The notes beneath the pieces were generated by a model. The model ran no database searches. It was not told the origin of the DNA and was given only the letters and a program-made list of their open reading frames with translations. This document shows positions 20,481 through 29,507 of a stretch of DNA of 32,000 nt, piece after piece. Source of the DNA: Candidatus Nanosynbacter lyticus (lineage in GTDB: Bacteria; Patescibacteriota; Saccharimonadia; Saccharimonadales; Saccharimonadaceae); the NCBI RefSeq assembly GCF_000803625.1, contig NZ_CP007496.1, forward strand, positions 630,001 to 662,000. The letters are read 5' to 3'. Made by a program: the position numbers and the translations under genes. How positions within the stretch are numbered: the stretch's first letter is position 1; the number at the start of each line of letters is the position of its first letter.

Positions 20481-21193
20481 ATCATCAACAAGAACGTGGG
20501 ATTGCCCCAATTTGGATAATCTTATCAATTATCGTAGCAGGAATAGTTGCGCTATTTATCTATGGCGTTATTAATCGCCCACCAAATCGCCATATTGGCG
20601 ACGGTAAAGCGTGGAATGAAAAAATGTCACAAGGCTCTGCTGACGCGAAGAACGTATTTGTCGACTACACTGACTATTTCTGCTCATTCTGCGCTGAAGT
20701 TGAAGCAGCCACCAACGCCGATTTCTTCAAAAATGAGTACGTTAAATCAGGCAAGGTTCGCTATGAACACCGCGTAGTTACCCTCTTAAAGGAAGTTACT
20801 AACAATACAGAAACTGGCGCTCACGCAGCATTTTGTGCCGCCGACCAGGACAAATATTGGCAATATACGCACGACATCGTGCCGCGCATTAAGCGTGATT
20901 ATTTTGACAAAGGAATCGGCGTGAAAAACGTTGCTGTGCCACAAAAAATTCCAACATTACCACTAGAATACTTCCTTACTTCTGCTAAGAATATTGGCTT
21001 AGATGAGAGTAAATTCTCTGACTGCATGACTAAAAAGCCGCACCAAAAAGAGATTGATGACAATACCCAAAAAGCTCTTTCTCTTGGCGTAAGCGGCTTG
21101 CCTTACATGGTTATCAATGACTATCAAACCAGCGGTTTTGGTGGCGGCGAGAATGGATTAAGGGCAATTTTGAAGGCTGGCGGTGTTAAATAA
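20477..21193 (+). CDS. DsbA-family (BdbD-like) membrane-anchored thiol-disulfide oxidoreductase
   Basis: N-terminal TM segment, FVDYTDYFCSFCAEVE active site, SLGVSGLPYMVIND (cis-Pro loop). Confidence 0.85.
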   Translation: MNHQQERGIAPIWIILSIIVAGIVALFIYGVINRPPNRHIGDGKAWNEKMSQGSADAKNVFVDYTDYFCSFCAEVEAATNADFFKNEYVKSGKVRYEHRVVTLLKEVTNNTETGAHAAFCAADQDKYWQYTHDIVPRIKRDYFDKGIGVKNVAVPQKIPTLPLEYFLTSAKNIGLDESKFSDCMTKKPHQKEIDDNTQKALSLGVSGLPYMVINDYQTSGFGGGENGLRAILKAGGVK

Positions 21194-21199
21194 TTAGCA

Positions 21200-21790
21200 C
21201 TATTTCAGTTGACTCATAAATCCACGTAGTTGAGATAAGGCCCGCTCTATTCTCTCATTCGTCCAGTATTTATCCGGCGTAATATTATCGTCGCCAGTTG
21301 ATTCTTCCTTGTAGCGACCGATGATTTTACCGTTCTTGATAATCGATACATCAGGCACAAATATTCGAGGATTGCCATTTTTATCTTTTTCCAAATACGG
21401 TTCTAATTTCTTGACCAGCTTCTGATAGACTTCACTGTTGTTGGTGCGGGCTTCACGAATATTCAAATAATATATCTTATCAATACCTTCAGCCCGAGCT
21501 GCCCGATCAACGTGTTCGCTCAAATGCTGGCACCACGGACATTACGGAAAACCCAAGAATACCACGCCGCTGCCGTTATCAAAGATATCGAGAACTTCTT
21601 TGTCGCTAGCATAAACAAAGCGATTATCTGACGCTACTCGCGGATATTCTGACTTGAATCTGGCGGCATCGGAGATGTTCGACGTTGGAGTTTTTGGCTG
21701 TTCACTACTACGTTTGTTATACCATAGTCCAAATATAGCCCCAACCAAAATGATTATCCCAAGAATAATCGCAACGACTTTTTTGTTCAT
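21200..21790 (-). pseudogene. Thioredoxin-like membrane-anchored protein interrupted by in-frame TAA before the CPWC active site
   Basis: Both ORF-track pieces (21542..21823 and 21200..21523) are in the same frame. Manual reading: ...GSGVVFLGFP-TAA-CPWCQHLSEHVDRAARAEG... Start ATG 21790 with SD AAAGGAGG. Confidence 0.8.
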
Positions 21791-21841
21791 ATCCGCCCTC
21801 CTTTTTGTAGCATTATTTTCCAAAGATAGAAGATATTAAAA

Positions 21842-22960
21842 TTACTCCCACCTAAAAAGCTTAATTGCGGCAATGTAAATAACGACAATCCAAACAGCAA
21901 TAGTACCGATTTGCGGCAAAACATCAACCAAGCCAGCGTGCTCAGTCATAACCAAACGAAACCCTTCAGTAATTGGCGTCATTGGAATAAAATTAGTTGC
22001 ACCCCGAAGCCATTCCGGGAATAAGTAAATCGGGAAAAACGCACCAGACAAGAACATCATCGGAAAGGAGATTAGATTGCTCAGCGGTGCTGATTGATTT
22101 TCATTCTTCGCCCAACCGCCGATCAACAGGCCCAGACCCACCATCATAAAGGCCGCCAGCACCGCCATAAGGACAAATATCCCCCAGTCGCCGCGCATAT
22201 TAAACTGGAACAATAGCATACCGACAACAATCATCATCGTCAAACTGAGCAGCGAAATAATCGTGTAGTGAATCGCCATAGAAATAATCAGCTGGCCCGA
22301 GGTAAACGGCGCCGCACGCAGACGGCGGTACGAGCCGCGCTGCTTTTCAGCCGGCATTTGGTTCGCCAAACCGAAGATGCCCATGCTCATCAAGCTAAAC
22401 GCCAGCAGCCCGGTAAAGGTATAATCAAACGACTTCAGCTGCTCGTCGCCAACAGCTTTGCCAGCGGCTTTCAGCGGCGCTTCTGGCTGGCCCATGTGCA
22501 TATTAATTTTATTGGCAATCTGGTTCATCACTGCTGTTAAGGCGCTACCAGTTTGCTCGGAACCTTTGGCGTATAGCACGTTAATTGTACCAGTCGGGCG
22601 AGCATCTCTGCCTTCTCCCTTTACTTTGCCAAAATCGCTAGGCAGTTCAATGATGCCGTTCAGTTCCGAACGCTTCATCTTCTCACGCGCCTCATCCATA
22701 TCCTTGACGTCTTTAATTTTAAGAATCGAGTCTTTGGCGTTATCTTTGGCGCCTTTAACGAAGCTTTTGGCAAATTCCGTCTGCGAATTATTGATAATCG
22801 CGATGTCAAAGCTGGTCGATTGATTATTAAAAATCGAACCGAACACCAACAAGAAGATAAGCGGAAACAGGAAGGTAAAGAACAGCGACATTTTATCGCG
22901 GATGAAGCGTTTTTGTTGGGCGCGCACTTGCCCAAATACACCAGTCCAATATTTTTTCAT
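21842..22960 (-). CDS. ABC-2 type transporter permease
   Basis: RDKMSLFFTFLFPLIFLLVFGSIF, then a large extracytoplasmic domain and C-terminal TM region with MFLSGAFFPIYLFPEWLR. Confidence 0.88.
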   Translation of the reverse strand: MKKYWTGVFGQVRAQQKRFIRDKMSLFFTFLFPLIFLLVFGSIFNNQSTSFDIAIINNSQTEFAKSFVKGAKDNAKDSILKIKDVKDMDEAREKMKRSELNGIIELPSDFGKVKGEGRDARPTGTINVLYAKGSEQTGSALTAVMNQIANKINMHMGQPEAPLKAAGKAVGDEQLKSFDYTFTGLLAFSLMSMGIFGLANQMPAEKQRGSYRRLRAAPFTSGQLIISMAIHYTIISLLSLTMMIVVGMLLFQFNMRGDWGIFVLMAVLAAFMMVGLGLLIGGWAKNENQSAPLSNLISFPMMFLSGAFFPIYLFPEWLRGATNFIPMTPITEGFRLVMTEHAGLVDVLPQIGTIAVWIVVIYIAAIKLFRWE

Positions 22961-22961
22961 A

Positions 22962-23726
22962 CTAATCCCGAATCGCCTTTCCTGTTAAGTCAATAAATAC
23001 ATCCTCCAAATTGGCCTGCTCGACAACTTGCTTTTTCTTGAAGCCGCGCGCCAGTAGTTGCTGGATCAGATTATGCGGCGTATCAATGGTGATGATTTTA
23101 CCGTTGTCCATAATCGCCAAGCGGTCGCACAGCAGTTCGGCCTCGTCCATGTAATGAGTTGTCAGCACAATAGTGATACCTTCATCGCGAATCTCTTTGA
23201 TTAAATCCCAGAGATTACGACGAGCCTGCGGATCCAGACCAGTGGTCGGCTCATCGAGAAATAGGACCGTCGGGTTGTTAACCAGCGTCGACGCGATGGC
23301 GAAGCGTTGCTTTTGTCCGCCCGAGAGCTGCTCGACGTAGCTTTTGGCTTTGTCGGTCAATTGCACCTTGGCCAGCAGCGCGTCGGCGTCGACCGTTTGT
23401 CCGTACAGACTAGCAAACATTTTTAATTGTTCGCGCAAGGTTAGTTTGTCGTAAAACGTTGTCGATTGCAGCTGGATACCTATGATATTCTTGATATGTC
23501 TCGGCGCGCTGGCAACATCAATTCCGTCGATAGTCACTGTGCCACCATCAATCGTTCTTAAAGCCTCCAGCATCTCTAGCGTCGTCGTCTTACCAGCGCC
23601 GTTGGGGCCGAGAATACCAAAAATCTCGCCTTTCTTGACCTCAAATGATATACCATCAACTACATTCTTGCCATCATAAGTTTTAACAAGTTGGTCAACC
23701 GTTATGATAGGCTTAAGATTCGCCAT
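22962..23726 (-). CDS. ABC transporter ATP-binding protein (ABC-2 exporter partner)
   Basis: [55 protein letters not shown]. Start at ATG 23726 (MANLKPIITVDQL). Confidence 0.92.
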   Translation of the reverse strand: MANLKPIITVDQLVKTYDGKNVVDGISFEVKKGEIFGILGPNGAGKTTTLEMLEALRTIDGGTVTIDGIDVASAPRHIKNIIGIQLQSTTFYDKLTLREQLKMFASLYGQTVDADALLAKVQLTDKAKSYVEQLSGGQKQRFAIASTLVNNPTVLFLDEPTTGLDPQARRNLWDLIKEIRDEGITIVLTTHYMDEAELLCDRLAIMDNGKIITIDTPHNLIQQLLARGFKKKQVVEQANLEDVFIDLTGKAIRD

Positions 23727-23821
23727 TATTAAATTCCTTTCCTTATAGCAGTTTAAGTAATTTTGCCAACTAACCTTGCTATAGTTAATTGTAACAAAAC
23801 TAATGCTATACTTAATATAGT

Positions 23822-25243
23822 ATGAGAATTCACAGAAAAAAAGAAAAAGCTCAATCAAAAAAAATATTCATCATACTTACTCTAGTAACTACACTTATAG
23901 TAACTATTTCTGGTGGAATATATTACCTTAGCCAATCACATTCACAAAAAATAACCGCCCCAACTGATGAAAAATATTATTTCACCGATTCGCGCTATTC
24001 TGGAGTTCGCTCAAAATTCGTGACCAGAAATAATAAACGAGAAAAGGTGTCGATTGAATACCCAATTACTGAAAATAAAAAAATCAACCACACCGTTGCT
24101 GAGGCGATTGATAAAATTGATCGTGATTTTCGCAGCACGGTCCTTTTATCTACAGCATTTGACCAGCCAATGACAGAGACTATCAGCTACCAAGTCATGC
24201 ATAATAATTCGGTAGCTCTGTCGATTATCACTAATATCAAGCAAGATATGCACGGCGCGCATCCGGTGTCGTTGACGCATTTTTGGACTTTTAATAAAAA
24301 ATCTGGCGAGATTATTAGCCTGAACGATTTGACCGATCAATCAAATGAGGCTATCGAAGCAATTATAAAATCCGCCAAAGATAATATTGCGGAGACAATT
24401 AAGAAGCGCGATAAACCAGAACTTGATCTTAATGGAATAATCACCAAAGAGACTCTATCTAATTTTGTTATTACTGACAATGGCAATAGTCTGGCTTGGC
24501 CACTTGGCCAGGCATCGCTACTACCGTCATCTTATGGCGAGATGACCATCACTGTGCCAATTTCTTCAGTCAGCAAATACCTACAAAATCCAACAGCTCG
24601 GAAACTAGCCAATATTCCCAAGCCACCCGAGCCAAAGCCAGAACCAGCGCCAGTACCCGCTGCGCCAACACCTGCACCAACCACTGGCAATAAAGTGATT
24701 GCCTTGACGTTTGATGATGGACCAGGTCCATACACCGCGCACCTACTGGACATCTTGGATCAGTATGGTGCGAAAGCGACATTTTTCTTGATTGGTAGCA
24801 AAGTTTCTGGGCAATCTAGCGTCGTACGCAGCATACAGGCGCGTGGTCATCAACTGGGTAATCACTCGTGGTCACATCCAGAACTACCTAAGCTATCGGT
24901 TGACCAAATTGCTGGCGAAATTGACCGTACTAACGAGGCCATCAGACAAGCCACTGGCGTCAAGCCGAGCATCTTGCGCCCGCCTTATGGTGCTGTCAAT
25001 GGTGTTGTCCTGGAACAGCTTCGCCTGCACGGTATGTCATCAATCTTGTGGTCGGTCGACACGCGGGATTGGGCTGATCGCAATAGCCAGATTGTCTGTT
25101 CACGTGCCGTCGCTGGCGCTCGTCCTGGAGCCGTCATCTTGATGCACGACATCCACCAAACTTCCGTCAATGCCGTGCCGTGCATCCTAAGCTCACTGAA
25201 GCAGCAGGGATATTCGTTCGTGACGATACAGCGACTACATTAG
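23822..25243 (+). CDS. Membrane-anchored polysaccharide deacetylase (NodB domain) with extra N-terminal domain
   Basis: VIALTFDDGPGPYTAHLLDIL, GHQLGNHSWSHPEL, RPPYGAVN, WSVDTRDW, VILMHDIH; signal anchor plus a PdaC-like N-terminal region. Confidence 0.9.
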   Translation: MRIHRKKEKAQSKKIFIILTLVTTLIVTISGGIYYLSQSHSQKITAPTDEKYYFTDSRYSGVRSKFVTRNNKREKVSIEYPITENKKINHTVAEAIDKIDRDFRSTVLLSTAFDQPMTETISYQVMHNNSVALSIITNIKQDMHGAHPVSLTHFWTFNKKSGEIISLNDLTDQSNEAIEAIIKSAKDNIAETIKKRDKPELDLNGIITKETLSNFVITDNGNSLAWPLGQASLLPSSYGEMTITVPISSVSKYLQNPTARKLANIPKPPEPKPEPAPVPAAPTPAPTTGNKVIALTFDDGPGPYTAHLLDILDQYGAKATFFLIGSKVSGQSSVVRSIQARGHQLGNHSWSHPELPKLSVDQIAGEIDRTNEAIRQATGVKPSILRPPYGAVNGVVLEQLRLHGMSSILWSVDTRDWADRNSQIVCSRAVAGARPGAVILMHDIHQTSVNAVPCILSSLKQQGYSFVTIQRLH

Positions 25244-25470
25244 TCCACCTGATCAATCTCAAATATCTTGTATTTCGAAGATGGGCCGTGCAGCAATTTT
25301 ACCTTTGAGGGTGCCACGCCGAGATGTTTTGCTAGTAGTTTCGCCGCCGCTAGATTCGCTCGCCCTTCAATGGCTGGCGCCTTGGTGTAGATTGTCAGCG
25401 AACCATCATCGTTCGGGACGACTTCTTCGCGGTGGCGAGAGTTGGGTTTGAGATGGACGGAGATTTTCAT
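25240..25470 (-). CDS. YggU/DUF167 family protein
   Basis: MKISVHLKPNSRHREEV...YTKAPAIEGRANLAAAKLLAKHLGVAPSKVKLLHGPSSKYKIFEI. Confidence 0.88.
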   Translation of the reverse strand: MKISVHLKPNSRHREEVVPNDDGSLTIYTKAPAIEGRANLAAAKLLAKHLGVAPSKVKLLHGPSSKYKIFEIDQVD

Positions 25471-25480
25471 GATTATTTTA

Positions 25481-28400
25481 TCAATCCAGCAAACTCGCTC
25501 CGCCGCCAGCGTCATACGCTGCGCGTTTTTGGCTCCATTCGTTACTATAACGTTTGGCTTGTTCTAATACCATGTCAGTTGCCAACGCCTGCTGATCTGG
25601 CGGGTAGCCATATTTTGCCAGCGTCTTTTTGACGTTAACTTTCAGTTTTGCCTGAACATTCCTGCGCTCTGCCCAGTCAATCGTCGCATCACGACGCACC
25701 TGCTCTAACAATACTTTTGCGATATCACGTAGCTGTGCGTCACCCAGTACTTCACGAGCACTGCCATTTTCAACCAGCGCATCGTAAAAGATAATCTCAT
25801 CCTCGCTGAGGCCATCAACCACTCCGTTCTCAACAGTCTGGCGAATTTTCTGTCCAATGTTGATTAATTCCTCAATCACCTGCGCTGCCTCAATCGTGCC
25901 ATTTCTATACCGTGTCAAGGCTTGATCGAGCAAGTCAGAGAACTTGGTATCCTTGGCATAATTTCTCGAAAATCGTAGTTTAATTTCATCAGCCAGCAGT
26001 TTTTGCAAAGCCTCCACCGCCAAATTCTTGCGCTCCATGTTACGAATTTCCGCCAAAAACTCATCACTCAAAATTGACAGTTCCGGCTTTTCTAATCCTG
26101 CCGCCTCAAACACATCAACCACACCAACTGGCGCAATTGCTTTATCGACAATTTGTTTCAGCGCACTGCGATACTCAGCGTCAGTCACCACTGCCGAGCT
26201 GGACACTTTCTCCAGCCGAGCTTTCACCGCCTGGAACAGTGCCACTTCTTCGCGAATTTCCAGCGCCTCAGGCCTCGGCATCGCCAATGCAAATGCTTTA
26301 CTCAGTTCCAAAACATGCTGCTTCAACCGCTTCTCACCGTCTTCCAACCCTAAAATATATTCCTCGGCATCCAAAATAATTTGCAGTTGCTGGCTAGTTG
26401 GTGTGGTAAAATATCGCTGATAGTCAAAGTTACCAAACAAATCGCGCACCACTTCATAGCGCATCTGCATCTGTGCCACCGCCTCAGTAATATCAAGCTG
26501 CGGTGCGCCTTGACCACCACTTTGCGTATAGTCAGAAATAGCATCGCGCAGCGCCCCCGCTACACCCAGATAGTCAACCACCAAACCGCCAGTTTTTCCA
26601 GGGAACACTCGATTTACCCTGGCAATCGCTTGCATCAAATTATGCCCTTTGAGCGGTTTATCTAGATACATGGTGTGCATATTTGGCACATCAAATCCCG
26701 TCAGCCACATGTCGCACACAATCACCAATTCAAGCGGGTCATTTGGATCTTTGATACGCTTTTCGATTGCCTTTACTCGCTGTTTGTTACGAATGTGCGG
26801 TTGCAGGTAGTCGGGGTCGCTAGCACTACCGGTAATAATCACCTTTATCGCGCCGCGCGCGTCATCGTCACTGTGCCAATCCGGCCGATACGCCACAATT
26901 TTTTCATACAAATCAACCGCAATACCACGACTCATCGTCACGATCATACCTTTACCACTTAGGACACTTTGCCGGGTCTCAAAGTGCTCAATGATATCCA
27001 AAGCGATAGTATTCAGCCGCTCGCTATTACCGACAATGGCTTCTTTTTGTGCATACTCGGCCTTCAACGCATCCTGATGGCTCAGTTCTTCGCCCTCCAG
27101 CAAATCATCAACTTCCTTATCCAGCCACTGCCGCGTTGCCTCATCCATATTCAAATCAACCAGCCGGCTCTCATAATAAATCGGCACCGTTGCACCATCT
27201 TTCACCGCCTGCTCGACATCATAAATATCGATATAGTCGCCAAACACTACTGGCGTTGACTTATCGTCCGTTTCAATCGGCGTGCCCGTAAAGCCAATGT
27301 AGCTCGCACCCGGCAAGGCATCGCGCATATACTTGGCGTAACCATACACCAGCTGAGCATCACTAGCTCGGACATGCGCCTTCAAGCCATATTGACTGCG
27401 GTGCGCCTCATCTGCCATCACGATGACATTGCGTCGATCAGTCAGGACTGGCAAGCTATCCTCCTCGTCCTCGGGCGAGAACTTCTGGATTGTCGTAAAG
27501 ATAATTCCACCCGCCTGGCGCTGCAACAGTTTCCTCAGCTCACTGCGTGAATCGGCCTGCTTCGGGTCTTCTCCTAATAGCTCGCGACAGGCGCTAAACG
27601 TGCCAAATAACTGACCATCAAGATCATTACGATCCGTCACCACCACGATGGTTGGGTTATGCAAATCGCGCGATTTCATCAGTTTGCCAGTATAAAACAC
27701 CATACTCAAGCTCTTGCCCGACCCTTGCGTATGCCAAACCACACCAGCCCGCTGGTCGCCACGTTCACTACTGGCCGTTAATGTTCGATCAAGTGCCTTA
27801 TTCACTACCCAATATTGATGATAAGCGGCAACTTTTTTGATCAATTTATCGCCATCACCTCGCTCAAATACGATAAAATTCTGCACCACATCTAGCAAAC
27901 GTTCGGGCGTACACGCACCACGCAGCAATACCTCCAACATCGGCACATTGCCAGCTTCCTTTTCGCCGTCAATCGTTTTCCACGACATCATTCGCTCCAA
28001 CGGGCTGGTGATCGTGCCCATCTCTGCCTCTAGTCCATCGCTCGTCACGCACAATTCATTAAAGCGGAACAGATCACTAATCTCTCGCTTGTACGTCTGG
28101 ATTTGCTGATACGCTGCCACCAAATCGGCCTTCGTATCAGCCGCATTTTTTAGTTCAATCACCACTAGAGGCAACCCATTTACAAACAGCACGATGTCCG
28201 GCCGGCGATTATGGTCGCCTTGCAGAACCGTCAGCTGATTGACCGCCACAAAATCGTTGCTGTGTGACGAGGTAAAATCAACCACCCGCACAATATCGTG
28301 TTTCACTTCACCACTTGGTGCGCGATACTGTACTGGTACGCCCGCTATCAACAGCTGATGAAAATCATGATTATTCTCAATTAAACTTGGTTTACTAATC

Positions 28401-28615
28401 TGCGTCAACCGCCGCATCGCTTCATTCAAGGCTGGTTCTGGAATGTGCGGATTGAGCCGCGCCAAAGCACTATATAGACGCCCAGGCAATACCACCTGCC
28501 TGAGCTCACGCTCAGCTATAGCACCATCTGGACCAATATCTGGTCCATGCAGAATTTGCCAGCCGAGATTAGCTAGGATATCAAGCGCATATTGTTCGAT
28601 TTGAGATTCGGTCAT
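25481..28615 (-). CDS. hsdR: Type I restriction enzyme R subunit
   Basis: Nuclease-type RRPDIVLFVNGLPLVVIELK, Walker A WHTQGSGKSLSM, DEAHRSQYG, GFTGTPI, LTGFDVPNMHTMYLDKPLKGHNLMQAIARVNR. Start at ATG 28615 (MTESQIEQYA). Confidence 0.96.
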   Translation of the reverse strand: MTESQIEQYALDILANLGWQILHGPDIGPDGAIAERELRQVVLPGRLYSALARLNPHIPEPALNEAMRRLTQISKPSLIENNHDFHQLLIAGVPVQYRAPSGEVKHDIVRVVDFTSSHSNDFVAVNQLTVLQGDHNRRPDIVLFVNGLPLVVIELKNAADTKADLVAAYQQIQTYKREISDLFRFNELCVTSDGLEAEMGTITSPLERMMSWKTIDGEKEAGNVPMLEVLLRGACTPERLLDVVQNFIVFERGDGDKLIKKVAAYHQYWVVNKALDRTLTASSERGDQRAGVVWHTQGSGKSLSMVFYTGKLMKSRDLHNPTIVVVTDRNDLDGQLFGTFSACRELLGEDPKQADSRSELRKLLQRQAGGIIFTTIQKFSPEDEEDSLPVLTDRRNVIVMADEAHRSQYGLKAHVRASDAQLVYGYAKYMRDALPGASYIGFTGTPIETDDKSTPVVFGDYIDIYDVEQAVKDGATVPIYYESRLVDLNMDEATRQWLDKEVDDLLEGEELSHQDALKAEYAQKEAIVGNSERLNTIALDIIEHFETRQSVLSGKGMIVTMSRGIAVDLYEKIVAYRPDWHSDDDARGAIKVIITGSASDPDYLQPHIRNKQRVKAIEKRIKDPNDPLELVIVCDMWLTGFDVPNMHTMYLDKPLKGHNLMQAIARVNRVFPGKTGGLVVDYLGVAGALRDAISDYTQSGGQGAPQLDITEAVAQMQMRYEVVRDLFGNFDYQRYFTTPTSQQLQIILDAEEYILGLEDGEKRLKQHVLELSKAFALAMPRPEALEIREEVALFQAVKARLEKVSSSAVVTDAEYRSALKQIVDKAIAPVGVVDVFEAAGLEKPELSILSDEFLAEIRNMERKNLAVEALQKLLADEIKLRFSRNYAKDTKFSDLLDQALTRYRNGTIEAAQVIEELINIGQKIRQTVENGVVDGLSEDEIIFYDALVENGSAREVLGDAQLRDIAKVLLEQVRRDATIDWAERRNVQAKLKVNVKKTLAKYGYPPDQQALATDMVLEQAKRYSNEWSQKRAAYDAGGGASLLD

Positions 28616-28669
28616 ACTGCGACAATTATACACCAGTTGTCTTGGATCCCAGAATTATAATGTTTGTTG

Positions 28670-28678
28670 TGCTATAAT
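28670..28678 (+). promoter_or_regulatory. Putative extended -10 promoter of the unknown/PIN gene pair
   Basis: TGC-TATAAT at 28670-28678, 34 nt before the ATG at 28713; no strong -35 seen. Confidence 0.5.
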
Positions 28679-28712
28679 AGATATGTATTAATAAGTGGGT
28701 GGAACAGGTAAG

Positions 28713-29507
28713 ATGAGTAAGGGCGGTCTATATTTTTCGATTGACGATAAGCTAATGGATGAAAAGATTAGCTTAAACAACGTTTCTTTACCGATTTTAA
28801 AAGATTTCATTGAACAAGTATCTATTTTTATTCGTGGTAACGAGTCAGTTGACTTAAATGGAGTCAAAATTGCAATTAAACCTGGTTCGGTCGCAATAGT
28901 TGTAGAAGAAACACCACTAATCAAAACTGCCATTAGTGAATATCGCATCATAAAGTCAAGCGGCGACTTAGGAAAAATTAGTCCCGTTCGTGCAAAGGTC
29001 ATAGCAAATCTCCAAGAAAAAGTAAGGAAAAATCCCAGTAGGCTTTATACAATATCTGATAACATCGACTCTGCGTTTATAGACCAAAATTCAATTAAAA
29101 TATCTTTGGACTCGAGTTATAAGATTGTTCATGCCGATCAGTGGGTCGATACAGAGGCTTATTTGTATGGTAGAGTATTTAACATGGGAGGTAAAAGCAA
29201 GTCTAACGTTCACATTACTTTATCCAATGGCACCAACATAAAACTTGATACTAACGAAGACATTCTTGCCGATGACAATAAGAACCGGCTCTACAAAGAA
29301 CAACTCGTCCGAGTAAAGGCTCAACGAAATCTCCGCACAAAAGAGTTGCGGAACGAACGACTGGTTTCTTTTGAATATTATGAACCCCATTTTAATGAAG
29401 ACGAGTTTATCAAACAAGTCGCCAGAACTAAACTAGCTTGGAAAGATATACCTGACATAGTTAGCTGGGTGGAAGAAGTAAGAGGTAATCATGCTAAGAC
29501 AACCTAG
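28713..29507 (+). CDS. Uncharacterised protein, partner of downstream PIN-like gene
   Basis: MSKGGLYFSIDDKLMDEKISLNN...; no family recognised. Overlaps the following gene by 17 nt. Confidence 0.7.
   Translation: MSKGGLYFSIDDKLMDEKISLNNVSLPILKDFIEQVSIFIRGNESVDLNGVKIAIKPGSVAIVVEETPLIKTAISEYRIIKSSGDLGKISPVRAKVIANLQEKVRKNPSRLYTISDNIDSAFIDQNSIKISLDSSYKIVHADQWVDTEAYLYGRVFNMGGKSKSNVHITLSNGTNIKLDTNEDILADDNKNRLYKEQLVRVKAQRNLRTKELRNERLVSFEYYEPHFNEDEFIKQVARTKLAWKDIPDIVSWVEEVRGNHAKTT

Noticed and set aside
21542-21544. The in-frame TAA could indicate an alternative genetic code.
   Set aside because: The reassignment known in some CPR lineages is UGA to Gly, not UAA. All other major ORFs in the window use all three stops normally, and several end in TAA or TGA as expected.
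2750-28109. Numerous 60-150 aa ORFs antisense to or out of frame with large genes (for example 8339..8785, 9362..9739, 26028..26420).
   Set aside because: They lie wholly inside long ORFs with clear protein motifs, are low complexity or lack recognisable domains, and are expected shadow ORFs.
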